Assembly: GCA_040437565.1 (NCBI GenBank)
Contig: JBDOQK010000044.1
Span: forward strand, 1-64,000
DNA from: Albugo candida
Taxonomy: Eukaryota
Direction: 5' to 3'
DNA: 64,000 nucleotides
Below the pieces are notes generated by a model that made no database searches, had not been told where the DNA came from, and worked only from the letters and a program-made list of their open reading frames with translations. How positions within the stretch are numbered: the stretch's first letter is position 1; every line of letters begins with the position of its first letter. Positions 12,030 to 24,376 of this stretch are shown one piece after another. The translations under genes were made by a program, and so were the position numbers.

Positions 12030-13440
12030 TACAACGATAAAATGCTAGATACATCGGATCTAGCTGAAGAAGAGTTATTGAGGCGACTTTACAATGAAGT
12101 GATTTAGATACTACAGCGTATCTACTCGACGATTCGTCTCATCACCTGGATTCAGCCAAAAACAAGTGGCCAACCGTTTTATGTGAGAGTAAAATGAAAG
12201 CACAAGAACATATCTCCCATCCATTCCACGTCGTCAACTCTCCAGAATCGTCTGAAAACCTACCGAACCAACCAGGAGTCATCCGATGTTGACACATTGG
12301 TCATCACGAGAAAGATCGTACGCAATGGTTTCAGAACGAGTTGGACAATTTATGGCTACACGTTCTCGTTTCTGTTTCTTAAAGAATATCCAGCCAGACA
12401 TTATGCTGTGCACGCATCCTTCGTGTGGGGTAGTAAAATCCGATCAACATCTCTTTCTCGAGTACAATCCCACAGCACAACTATGGAGGGAGCTTCTCCC
12501 TATTTTGGGGTCAGTTCTTTCCATCCCGACCAGGTTGGATGCATATTGCATGTAAAATTGTGCCAACACTGAGGTCGGATTCAGCAGAATATCAGCAACT
12601 CCGACATTTCCAGCACTTTCTGTAATCTACACCACGTTTCGTACGCACGTTCGATAATTTCGACGACAGTGCTACGATGAAGACGAGCGCATTCACTATG
12701 CAACGGTATTGAATCACCTCGCAAGACAAGGATCATTTGGTTGATTTGTAGAAGTCGACGATCATTGCTGCGGGTCCGACATCGGCAAGTTGGAATGCAA
12801 GTGCATCTTGGATCCTAGTCCTAGTTGGTGGCTAGGTTTAGCCTAGTATGGTGCACACCGCTTTCCATAACACGGTATTTTTGGACATTTACAGCTTTAA
12901 CTCGCATCAGATCTTTGGCACTTCGATTCCACTGATTGGATGATTTCTATAATTTACACGCTGGACACAGTCTCGTATTGTGATGTTTTTAAAGCTACCG
13001 CAATACAAGACTATTAACGAGAAGTCATATTATCATCTCTCATAGGTAGTTCCACGAAATGTTTTTTATGTGTACTTGCTATTCAAGATAGCCTAGGCAT
13101 CTAGAATGTCAAGGATTTCATTACACTGTTTATCTGGTTCTTTAACTACCTTCCTTTTCCTATCATGAGCCCCTGACCGTGAGAATATCACTTAGGTCTG
13201 ACTTCAAACCTAGGGAGGCAGATATTTTCCAAGCTTTTAGCTTGGGTGGGCTCAAACCGCTGCCCACACTGCCGGGGATCGAACCAACGACGTCCAGAAG
13301 GGGATCCGCTTGCACAACCGACTAAGCTGGGTCGGACGCCTAGATCAGTCGGACTTCTCTGGTTGTTACCCACCCGAGTACTACTCGAGCCTGCCTAGGA
13401 ATCTAGAGAAGTCAATTAGTATGATTCTAGTAATATAGAC
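12030..13440 (+). mobile_element. LINE 3' fragment (zinc-finger region of ORF2 plus 3' UTR), interrupted by a SINE
   Basis: CTHPSCGVVKSDQHLFLE...TAQLWRELL is a Cys/His motif typical of the LINE ORF2 C-terminus. The DNA is clearly homologous to 26468-27212, sharing GGATCCTAGTCCTAGTTGG, GCTGGACACAGTCTCGTATT and ATTCTAGTAATATAGAC. Confidence 0.85.
13106..13392 (-). mobile_element. SINE of 287 bp with a 5S rRNA-like head and a tRNA-like unit, flanked by a 15-bp target-site duplication
   Basis: Flanks are GCCTAGGCATCTAGA (13091-13105) and GCCTAGGAATCTAGA (13393-13407). The paralogous LINE at about 27165-27180 has a single uninterrupted site. The minus strand shows the 5S-like GCTCGAGTAGTACTCGGGTGGGTAACAACCAGAGAAGTCCGA, an A-box-like CAGCTTAGTCGGT and a B box GGTTCGATCCC. 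Confidence 0.8.
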
Positions 13441-13699
13441 GCTGCGCCAATCTTTGACCATTCAGCTTTCTCAGTACCACGAGCAAATTGTTTTGACTAT
13501 TCTGTCTAGCGTACATGCAACAGTGGAAGAATGCCTATCACCTAGTCAGAGTGGATTTCGACTCGTGAGCAGTAAAACCGAGTTAGTATGGGCTTACCGA
13601 TGTATTATAGCTTTAGCGCATCGGTCATAGACGAGCATGTACATTCTTGGAAAGCTCAGAAAGTTGTTTGTTAATATCGAACTACATAATTGTTCATAA

Positions 13700-15720
13700 T
13701 ATCATCACCATCCTTAGCCAGAATGAAGTTTCAATGGCAAGGGACTTCCCTCGTCTTTGATTCCTAATCTTTTACAGCGTTCCCGAGTCCTCATGGTGCA
13801 CCACACAAAGTGCTCCCAGATCACATTTGCTCGTGGTTTTTTGCTTGAAATAGGGACTTTTGGATTTGTTGCAACACATCCATAATCAAAGCACGAGATT
13901 AACACTTTCTTTTTTGCCGAGAATGAAAGTTTTTCTCAGGGTTAGGGCAATGCCTTGGGTCTCTTAAACGTCTCTTAATTTTGCTCATGATAAAAGAGCG
14001 CTGTGAGTAGGGCTAATCGATTTGCAGAATTTGCCATCCAATAGCAATGAGTTTAGATCTCTTCATATTCATGACCAATTCCTACTAACAATTTTTTATA
14101 TCAATTTTTATGTCACGCAACATTCAAATCAAGAGTAGGGTAAATAAGTCGATCATTTATTGCTGGTGGCCTGGTAAAGAAGCATCTGTACTTGTCTGGA
14201 ATCAGGCATAGATAAATACAATGTGGCTTACCTAGAGCTTTAGCCTGGATTGCTTGTTTTCTCTTCCCGAGGATTGCCTGCAGAAGAAATTAAATTCATA
14301 TCCAGTAACCGGACCCCTGAACTTGACAAATACTGCGAGATGGATAGAAAGTGTAGTCGCTGAAGATGTAGATTTGCAAGATGCAACTAGCACGTGTAGT
14401 GTAAATCGATGCGAAACTATTCCATCAGGATGATGCTAGGAAGTGGCGGTGCACCATGTTTCCATGGTCGATGCACTCGCACGAAAACGGTAGCTTTTGC
14501 TAACAAATGAAAACTCTCTGACTTAGTTTGTTTCATGATGAAAATGCAACCATTTTCGAGATGGAAAGCATGAGTAGATATGCTCGCTGAAACTTCTGAA
14601 TCTGCGGCTCCGAATGACTGGTAGATAACCCTACTAGTCAGTTTATTAGTCTGGCACGCTTCACATACGATAAATTGGTTCGTGGCGTGCCATACTGACT
14701 TCAATGCGCTTTGACTATGCTACTTCTTATTTCAATTCTCAGATGGTACGATGCGTTGGGCCAAGAAGGTGGACGCTATTTGCCATAAGATGTCGAGAGG
14801 GGGTCCACTACACCATGAAGCCATTAGCGAGGCGATGTAGAACATCTTGTCGTGTTTAATTTTCTGCCGCAAATGACTCGAATGCGTCCGTGTCTTTCAT
14901 TAGATACTGTATGAAAATGACTCCGTACAGCTAGCATGATATATTGGAGTTTCAAATTGATTAGATCAATTCGCGACTACCTATTTTAGTGAGGTTTGCG
15001 ACATGCTTACCAAATCGCTTTTTTCTAAGGACTTGGTTAGCATGGATACAAACCTTTAGAATGCATTTAGTTTTAGAAGGAAGGAAGAAAACGACACTTT
15101 TTCTTGTATGACTTGGCAAAATCATCGCGTTGCTCAGAGTCCAGGCTGTCAATTAACGGTTGCAGCTCTGCATGACGTCATGGTGTTACTTTTTAATCGC
15201 GCTTTGTATCAATTGAGTGATGAGATATGCTATTAAATGTTTGCCATTGTACACAATATAACGTGTAGAGAAGGCTTCTATGAGCGCTTGTTCTATATTG
15301 TGACGGACATCATCCAACGAAGAACATATGAGTCAATAATTCTGGGGGAGGATATCTTCTTGCATGCGCCCATGCGCTGATTCTTTTTTCCTAAGGATGA
15401 GAGAGGATTCGGGTAGTTTATTGTAATGGGCAGCATACTTTCATCACTTTAAATTCCGACATGTCACGTCGAATATAATAGATTTTGTACTTATAAGTTT
15501 AGAAACATAGACAGCCAAATCGCCAAAGTGAAAGTTTTCTCTCACTGCAATTCGGATGCGACAGACCAATTTTGTAGGACAAGGTTGAGATGAACAAAGA
15601 AGCCCAGCAAATTCAATGCCTAAAGAGTCTATAAAATTCTTGGTGACCTGGGCCTTGATTGCACAACAGCTTAGTCTCATGGAAGTGATCCTGTACAGCG
15701 CAAGCAATACGATTGTTGGC
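13700..15720 (-). pseudogene. Heavily decayed CCG-like secreted protein pseudogene (tentative)
   Basis: It starts with a hydrophobic stretch ending in CCA (IVLLALYRITSMRLSCCA), like the FGCCA of the intact neighbour. It also has VCEACQTNKLTSRVIY...SASIST (14654-14665) and KKKVLIS, resembling modules 3 and 5 of that neighbour. There are many stops. Confidence 0.45.
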
Positions 15721-16605
15721 TATTCAAAACGCTTTAATGTGATGAAAATACGAAACGACGGTGAATGAGTTGGTATCAATCTCAACATGCTCTCCGGTGT
15801 AATAAGTAGATAGCTTTGAGAAGACGACACGGTTCTGTCAAACAATATTGGAATGAACTTCCTTCCATTATGTTCATAAACGAATAGGTGGTACTGGTTG
15901 GCTTCATTTGGACTCAATGCAATATCAAAATGAAAATATGTTTGTTTGATTCGAGTCAGCTGTACTTAAAGTGAAGTACGAGGATATTATACGAGTACAA
16001 TAGGAGTCAGCTTTCAATTTCGTGTTGAGGTATTAACCATTTCAGAATTAATGATTATCAGTTGAGAACGCGACCTAAGAGGTGATCACGCAAATTGCAT
16101 ACTTCACAAGCATGATAACCGTGAGATTGCATTATAACCGTGACATAGTGACATCAAGGCGAAGCATAAAAAAGCATCTTATTTTGTATTGTACTAGTCC
16201 CATATATGGCTTCATCTCTAAGCACTTGGATAACTACCGGCCACTCATTCGAACTGATGATCATAATAAGTGATTGATAGGGCCTCTGTACGATTGTAAG
16301 ATTTAAATTGCCGGTAGCATTTGTGAAGTCAGACAGTGTTTATCAAATCAGTTCAACAAGAAAATGCATACAAAGTATTTCACCGGCTGTGGATATCGTG
16401 TTATCACTGCTATCTCATTGTTGTGTGTGTTTTTCTACGACCGACAAAACAAGCCTCAAAAATAACATGCACAGGTGAAACTACTCGATATGCATATTCC
16501 AATAGAAAATAGGTTCTCATTTTCTCGTTCGTTCAAGAGTTTAAAAGATCACTATAAGTAGTTAAAGAGAATTCTGGCTTTGCTCCCTCAAACCATAAGA
16601 AATAA

Positions 16606-18399
16606 TCAATCTGATAGAATCTCTGTTCTCTCACGCTTCGGTTTCAGACTCAACGTGGTTGTCGCAAATTCTGCCTGTACTTGCCGAAGGTACTGATTAT
16701 ATGAAAATTGTGGACCGTCTGTCACCTTACCATAGCATTTGTGACAGCGTGGAAAAGATTCGGAAGGGACCATCCATACATATCGCTTTATCACAGATAT
16801 GAGTACAACTTTGCGCTTGCGCGTCAGACAGATGAAGCATTCTCTGAATGCCGCTTCTCTCCCTGCGTCATCTGGATCGTTTTTATCCCACTCAACCACC
16901 ATGACCTTTGCAGACTTGACTATATTCGGTTCACTTGTACCGCCGGCTGACGAGCCTGATCCATCGTCTTCCAAATTCTGATTCAAGTCGAAATTTGTCA
17001 TCAGATCACCTGATTCATAGCGGCACATGATGTCGGGCATAAGTTGAACATCTTCGCAGGATGAATGCAGAAAAAAACATTTCAACATGTCAACAGCCAC
17101 TGCGTCTCTCTTGAGTAAGAATAAATAGGTAAATCGCGAAAGCTTCCAATTTTCTGCGCCTTGAAAACATTGAAGACAGTTTGGTCCTTTAGCGGCCGAT
17201 GAGTGCTCTACTAGAAAACAGCTAGAACCAAAGTGCGATACGTGATTGTTGTTTTGTGCCGCATCTATGCGCTCTATCCAGGTGAACACATTATTTGGAA
17301 ATGCCGAAATCATTACATGAAAGGTTTCTGACATGCATCCGCCGTCAAAATTGATATCACCACACCTATTAGAGCATATTTTCAAATTTACGTTTCCGTT
17401 TGTAAATAAAGACAGGACAAAACTTGTGCTTATTTTTGAGCTCAACCTCGCTTTGACCTTGTTCAAAACAACCATTCCTTTATAGGCTTTAAGCAAGCAT
17501 CCCCAGCAGCTACCAAGGCCTGATCCAATTGCCTTTGTCGTCAACAGGCAGGTGGGTGTCAACTTCAAATATTCAAGCTTTTCAGCTAAAGCATTCCAAT
17601 CTCTTTGTTTATTTTTTGTATAAGCTGATTTTATAAAAATGTTATCGGATATGGTTCCCACTAAGTTTGGCAACTCACTCGCTCTCGTCGACACTTGGTA
17701 CTTGAACAAATTGCATAGGTTAGGTGAAAGCGTTGCGGTTGTGCCAGAGCAGATACTTGGTTTCACACACTCGTTTTTGAGTCCATCAGGATCCGAAGAA
17801 TGTATCACATAAAGAACACTCATCTTGCGGTGACGTATACCATATATTTCCATGCTCCCCGTATCGCTCTTTGTAAGTATACATGCTTCACATAAATAGG
17901 AAAACGAGATGTCGTGTCTATACACGCATAAGTGCTTGGCTTCTCTTTTCTTATTGACGTGAAGTGGAAAATTACTTTGATGTAGAGGTGGTAAACCACG
18001 CGTGATTGCCCAATATCGCTGCTCGTTGACGAAATACTTTCGGCTTGGTCTTATTGACGCGACTGTTGCAAATGCCCCGTCGATGCCTTCAGTAGCAAAA
18101 GTTTCCAAGTCATTATTAAATGCCGGGTCTAGACACAGCTTTGTACCGAAGCAGTTAATTAGCTTTGCTCGAAGATAATTTGGTAGTCCCACAACCCAGT
18201 ACTCTTTCTTGTCGTATTCTTCATTTCCGATTTCGTTTACCTCTTCTACGTGAATAGCTCCTGCGCGCTCCAACAAGCACTTTTGACATGCTTCGTATGC
18301 TTCCATTGGCACACTGATGATTAGTGAGTCCAATCTCTCAGCACAACACCCAAAATGCCAAAAGACTACGAGGATACTGCGGAACAAATTCGCTTTCAT
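16606..18399 (-). CDS. Secreted CCG (CxxCxxxxxG)-class effector candidate, 597 aa, intronless, with five cysteine modules
   Basis: First ATG is at 18399. The N-terminus MKANLFRSILVVFWHFGCCA looks like a signal peptide. CQKCLLERAG at residues 38-47 is an exact CxxCxxxxxG. Further CxxC motifs are CEAC, CWGC, CLQC and CFIC. Confidence 0.85.
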   Translation of the reverse strand: MKANLFRSILVVFWHFGCCAERLDSLIISVPMEAYEACQKCLLERAGAIHVEEVNEIGNEEYDKKEYWVVGLPNYLRAKLINCFGTKLCLDPAFNNDLETFATEGIDGAFATVASIRPSRKYFVNEQRYWAITRGLPPLHQSNFPLHVNKKREAKHLCVYRHDISFSYLCEACILTKSDTGSMEIYGIRHRKMSVLYVIHSSDPDGLKNECVKPSICSGTTATLSPNLCNLFKYQVSTRASELPNLVGTISDNIFIKSAYTKNKQRDWNALAEKLEYLKLTPTCLLTTKAIGSGLGSCWGCLLKAYKGMVVLNKVKARLSSKISTSFVLSLFTNGNVNLKICSNRCGDINFDGGCMSETFHVMISAFPNNVFTWIERIDAAQNNNHVSHFGSSCFLVEHSSAAKGPNCLQCFQGAENWKLSRFTYLFLLKRDAVAVDMLKCFFLHSSCEDVQLMPDIMCRYESGDLMTNFDLNQNLEDDGSGSSAGGTSEPNIVKSAKVMVVEWDKNDPDDAGREAAFRECFICLTRKRKVVLISVIKRYVWMVPSESFPRCHKCYGKVTDGPQFSYNQYLRQVQAEFATTTLSLKPKRERTEILSD

Positions 18400-19299
18400 C
18401 CTGGTATCGAGCAATAGAATGTGGAAGGTCTTGCCACCTTGTGTACTTTAATGGTCAATAGAGCTCGTACCACTTTATTTGGTTTCTTAGTAGCACATTG
18501 TCCTGCTCAGCCAATCATCGTGCATTAGCGCATAGGCTTGCAACTTTGAATGCATGTGCGTGAATTTCAACCGTTGATAGTGGAAACAACACAACGCTCT
18601 GCAAATACGAATTGCGTATCGCTTTTAATAAAACATTTCAAGGCATGAATATATAAACGGATCCTATGGTAGAAATACTGGGACTTGTTTGTGCTCAGGG
18701 TAGCGGGAACACGATTCTTATCTTCTGATACATATTTGCGGCGAAAACCCGTGGTTCAAGCAGACAACTGAGAGACCACAGGAAGTCCCTATTGTATCGA
18801 TAGTCGCGGCAACAGCGAGAAATATTTGAGATATTTGACAATAATATAGACGATAAGTGCTTCTTCATATCACCAACCGTTAACAAGAGTCATGGCAATC
18901 ATGGGGAACACGCAGCTTCGGAAACAAATTTTAATTATCGTGTTTAGAATATGATGCTAGCACATTTGCTGTTTGATACATTAGAACCATTCACATTGCA
19001 CTCACTAGCATCAAGATATCTTGCCATGACTATCTATGATGTCCCAAGTGAAGATAATGGGACATGAAGTTGAAGCGATTCATAAGCGCAAATAAAGTGA
19101 AGCCATAGAGTCCCTTTATATAAATTTACCGATACAGTCGCGCGTACTGAGCAGATACAATGGAGAAAGCTCACATTTCATTTTTGGAATTTACTCGACA
19201 TAAATGACAACAAGACGTATCTGATTTGGTATACTGCTTGGCCGTGATCGGATGCAGTGTCAAACTTCAACACTGCATCCAAGCTCATTAGAATTTCCA

Positions 19300-21200
19300 T
19301 TCTACGAGCTCATGAAGCATCTTTTCGGTCCGACAAGCTGCAATGATATGATATGCCAGTTCGATTTCTGATTGTCACCAACTCTTCTGCGATCTTATAC
19401 AATGTTCATTATCCAATTCGAAGTCAGAACAAGCCATTAGCAAACGTTTTTGAGGAATCGAAAGCATATGTCGAAAGATATAATCAGGTCAAAGTCAACG
19501 AAAAGCTCGCTGAAGCTATGCAGACGTTTTATTTTCACTGCGGTCAAGATGCTGTGCACCTACCGTCCGCATTTCGTGGAAACTTTCTCAACTATCATCA
19601 TATGCAATTAGTAGGGCATCGGGATGATCGTAATGGAAGGAATCTTTGGCGTGAAGACTCGATTTTGGTATCAATCATGCGATTGTATCTGGCCGAAGGT
19701 GAATATGTTTCTGCTCTTGAACTTATGAATGAGAATATCAGGCAAAAGAACCTTTAGTAGGAAGAGACGTATCGTGAAGAAAGTAATAAAATGCATCAAA
19801 TGGTACACTTTCGCCTATTTGGGTATCTTCTTGCTTCCAAGCTCGAAATGGGCATAATTTGCATGCATACGATCAGTGGCAAGAATTCAAGCGCACTTTG
19901 GATAGCAATGGACATGTTTAATGCAAAACACTATCGTGGATTTGTTAATTTGCTGTCTCACATTCCATAATATGGACCCAAACATGCTTAAGACAGACGA
20001 CTTTGTAACACAAATGCAAAGCTTACTTCAAGATCTGAAGTATGTAACTACAGAATCCACTGTATTTAATGCTAAAAGAGTCCATCAAGAAGCCATAAAA
20101 ATCAATTCGATGTCGGCATCGTAGGAGAGAAGAGCAGCTAATGCTCTTCTCATTGCCCTCATTGCANNNNNNNNNNNNNNNNNNNNNNNNNNNNNNNNNN
20201 NNNNNNNNNNNNNNNNNNNNNNNNNNNNNNNNNNNNNNNNNNNNNNNNNNNNNNNNNNNNNNNNNNGCAAAGCTTACTTCAAGATCTGAAGTATGTAACT
20301 ACAGAATCCACTGTATTTAATGCTAAAAGAGTGCATCAAGAAGCCATAAAAATCAATTCGATGTCGGCATCGTAGGAGAGAAGAGCAGCTAATGCTCTTC
20401 TCATTGCCCTCATTGCAAGTCTATAGTGCAGAAAGAGATCATTGTTAACAAATAGTGGGATCATCTCGTAAGCTTTATATAATTAAGAAAGACTTGCCAA
20501 TCCAAAAGAGAAGCAAAACGGAGCGTTGTAGGCCGTCTCGTTAACGAGGAGTAGAGCCCTTTTCTGAACTGAAAATTGGCGAAGAACGCAGTACTCCAAC
20601 CAGGAAAATTACATTACATTCTGGATGGGCCAAATCTGGCTTATCTAAACCAGAATTTTGCACGAATCAACTTTCGTCTAGATTATGTCGATCATGTTGC
20701 CAGACTACTGGCACGTCGAGGCCATCTGGTCACCTTCACGATGCCATCTACCTACCATGAATCAACTTCTTTTTTATTGATTCAAGTGTGCACGCAGTGG
20801 GAAAAGAATATGAGTAATTAAAAATCAACAAATCTCATTCACGAACACGAGAATGAGAATAACTGGCTTTACAGCTGCGAGACAGCGACTTTTCAGACGA
20901 TTATTATTGGATTTATGCCAGTCTGATTCTCGAAAACCTATCGTCAAACCACGATGATCATTTGCATGTAATTGTTCCGCATAATGTACACGTTGTCATC
21001 AATGATAGTGGCCGTGATCACACACTCCATTTTAAGGATAATGTCACCGTGGGAATGACTACCTGGGATGTTGCGGAAGGCTCGAATAAGATATCAAATT
21101 ACCTGATCGAGCGGTGGTGGAACAAAACTGTGGAAGTATCGAATTGGTGTATGAAGAATGTGATATAATAAGACACAAGCACATATCCCCCGTGCTATCA
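19300..21200 (+). pseudogene. Protein-only RNase P (PRORP)-like pseudogene: helical N-terminal part plus NYN domain
   Basis: NYN motifs are ILDGPNLAYLNQNF (ORF 20576-20821), SDDYYWIYASL (about 20893-20925) and VVINDSGRDH (ORF 20962-21168). It has in-frame stops (TAGTAG at 19755-19760) and several frameshifts. Confidence 0.7.
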
Positions 21201-22702
21201 GTTCATTTAGAAGAATCACTCCGTATCCACGAGTTCCACATATGCACAAATAATACACTGGAGTACATTTTTATTCCGATCCAATCAAGCGATGTAAAGC
21301 CACGGTAAAAGGCGTCTTGGCTCTATATATCAAATCTTTATGATTCAAATTTCATTCAAGGCATAAGAAAGTACGTTTTTTCCAGAGGTTGCAACCCTCG
21401 TTGAGATCGAAAGAACTATAAACACTTACAAGGGTGACAAGTATCGCACATGAGAAAGAATACGTTTTGTTGAGTGTTTGTTTGCAGCCTTAGAAGAAAA
21501 AAAGCGGCTTTGCTGCTACGGAGTGCGGGAACTTCACGTAATTCTCGTGCTTGATTACTCAGAGGTGATTCTTTCTTTATTGATGTATCGCTTGGAGATA
21601 TCCAACCACAACTCACATCACACTTGACAAATGCTATAAAGCGACTTGAGAGACGTATTCATGGAGTAACACCGCAACATCCAAGTATCTTTGTAGGAAA
21701 TCCTCTTTGGCTGAAGAAGGAAGCCATCCAATAGCGTCCATGTCGGTGACAAACGTGCAAAGGGCTCCCCAACTCGTTAGGATCCAGCTGCCATCCACTA
21801 AGCGAGATATACGCACAAACGATATTCCAGCAACCAGCTTTGAGCTCGCTTGTGACAGATTTATCCGCTGTCGTCACTATAGTTTCCCCGTAGCGATCAT
21901 TCTCGTGATTAAAGTTGCCGTCCCGCTGCTTCAAATCAGAGCCCCATTGAAATGGCGACGTACTGAAGCGTCCCGAGGCTAGCTGAGCTCCTAAAAATCC
22001 GTCATATGAGAGACAACGAACACCAACATGGCCAAAAGCAACGATGCTAAAGCTGACTCGTTTCGTAAAAAGACTATCACGGCCATGAAAATGCCCAACG
22101 CTGCTCGATGAAACGATCTGGATTTATAGCTCACAGCTACTCACTGATTACCCAACCTCCTTCATTACCAGAAAAACAGCACGAGAAGCGTAGCTGCATT
22201 ATCTGGTAAAAAGCGAACTTTTCTGTTCAAGTACTTCGTATTTGAGCGAAAACTACGTGTAATTGTCATAAGATAGTCTGGCATCATAACGTACGCTGTA
22301 AAGGATACGAGGATTAAGTGCGGGTTTTGGTACTGTTGCATTCAAACTAGCCATGGTAAGAGCTGCAGCATACTTGTAGGGCTCTTTTACTTCTCAATTT
22401 GCCGGCTACTACGTAACCCGCTAATTTAGTACAAACCAACTCGAAAAACTACCTTTTTCAACTCTTTCCTCTCGAAAACAATGGTCCAAGTCGACATATC
22501 GACACAACCAAGGGTGCTGGCGTCCACTTGTAGTGCCGTGGCAACCCTCATGAGTCACCCTGTTTTGGGTGATTGCATGATTGTTGATGAGTCATCACCC
22601 CTNNNNNNNNNNNNNNNNNNNNNNNNNNNNNNNNNNNNNNNNNNNNNNNNNNNNNNNNNNNNNNNNNNNNNNNNNNNNNNNNNNNNNNNNNNNNNNNNNN
22701 NN

Positions 22703-24376
22703 TCTCAGCACTCACGGTGAATGTTAATGGAATACATAAAAATGGTCATCTTTTTATCGACCACATCCTATCACAACACTCCATTTGTTGTGTTCAAGAG
22801 ACCAAGTTTCACGATCACAACCAACCGGACTCTTTTCAGTTTTTATTATCCTCAAAAACGCAGCACCAAATTTTTGTCACTGCTCACAACAGTGCTTTTC
22901 TTCATCCGACTCAAAACCGCAGTGGCAGCGTCATGACAATCCTTCGTTCGGACTTTCCCGGTTATACAACAGCTGAAGAACTCACCGAACGAAGCATTCG
23001 AAATCGCTGTTTGGTTTTGCGTCTTATCATTCACGATGCACCGGTGTATATTCACAATGTATATGCTCCGGTCAAGGTCGAGGAACGAGTGGGTATTTAT
23101 GAGTAATTGCTCTCCAACACTTTCGAATCGAACGCAACACATATCGTATTTGGCGATTTCAACACACCCCTCGATCCAGCTATCGATGCTTCGAGTGGAA
23201 CAATCCGGCACGAACCAAGTCGATTAGCGTGTTTGGAAGGGCTCTCACAGTTGGGTGTGGTAGACGCTTGACGAATCCAACATCCGACTGAAAAAGTATT
23301 TACAGGACCATTACCGCGCAAGGATCGACTCGATTACGTCTCCATCTCGGAAGAGCTATTCAATATGGTATACAAAACCTCTGAGTATTTTCGTCCACGA
23401 GATGCGGGAGATGATCTGGCACAAAATATAACTTTTGAAAATCCAAGTCAATCTCCGGGTGGAGGATATTGGAACTGTTCATTGCGACTACTTGAATACC
23501 CTTCAATTGTAGAAGCAATCAAATTGGAAGCAAATTTGGTGCTCGAACAGTTACGGACAATTTCGAATCGGGGAAAAATGTGGGAAAGTTGAAAGACGAA
23601 AACCAAGAAACAGCGTCAAGGAATTGAAAAAACGATTGCACAAGATAGCCGACGTGATGTTGAGTCTAGCCAGCGTGTTTTGGAAGTCGCAGAAGCTCGA
23701 TTTCGCATTCAAGACATCAATGAGTCACGGTATTTTTACGAATCGAGTCTCGAACAATTCAGAATTTCCCTCGAAAACAATGCGAAATACAACCAAGATG
23801 AAAGCTTCGACCATCACGTGAAGCATTGGAATACTCTTTGAAGCATTTTTTTCGCCCTCTTGATAGTTCTTGTCGTCGCGTGTCGATCGTAATTGTCACC
23901 GTAAAATGTGGCACAGTGACATCGAACCCGAGGGAGATTATTGACGAATTTAGAGATCATGGGGATGGTGTCATGGGCTCTCTTTGTAGCTCCGAGACCG
24001 ACTCAGATGATCCATTTGAAGGAAATCAAAAAAAGTTACTCGATTCGATTCAAGTTTCTCTTACGGCCGAAGAGCAAGACCGTCTCTCAACTCGCTTAAG
24101 TACGACCGAGATGGCGGAAGAGATCAAGCACATGCGGAATAGTTATTCTCCAGATATGGATGGACCACCAGCTGCATTTTATTAGATTGATCCGGAAACG
24201 TTTTGCGAATGCCTGAAGATCGTGCTTAAATATCAGCTGGATAGAGGTATCTTACTTCGATCACAGCGTCACTTGGCAATAACATTATTGTACAAAAAAG
24301 ATCACGAGGTGATCCTGGCAACTATCGACCGATCGCACTGCTTTGCGTTCACGTGAAAGTGTTAGCAAATGCGTAG
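22703..24376 (+). mobile_element. LINE ORF2 5' part: AP endonuclease and start of RT, degenerate, cut by a copia LTR
   Basis: APE motifs NVNG, CVQETK, NVYAP, GDFN and RLDY, then GGGYWN, SPDMDG and DPGNYRPIALL...VKVLA. There are multiple stops and frameshifts. Confidence 0.9.

Noticed and set aside
13265-13392. Functional tRNA or 5S rRNA gene
   Set aside because: The 5S part is only the 3' half, I cannot form a full cloverleaf from the tRNA part, and the unit is flanked by a TSD; called a SINE instead.
20016-20417. 150-bp direct repeat in the PRORP-like pseudogene
   Set aside because: It flanks gap 20167-20266; the single C/G difference is best explained by allelic variation or error.
21380-22110. 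Possible decayed membrane-protein gene on the minus strand
   Set aside because: A hydrophobic broken frame is present but has no recognisable motif, so no product can be supported.
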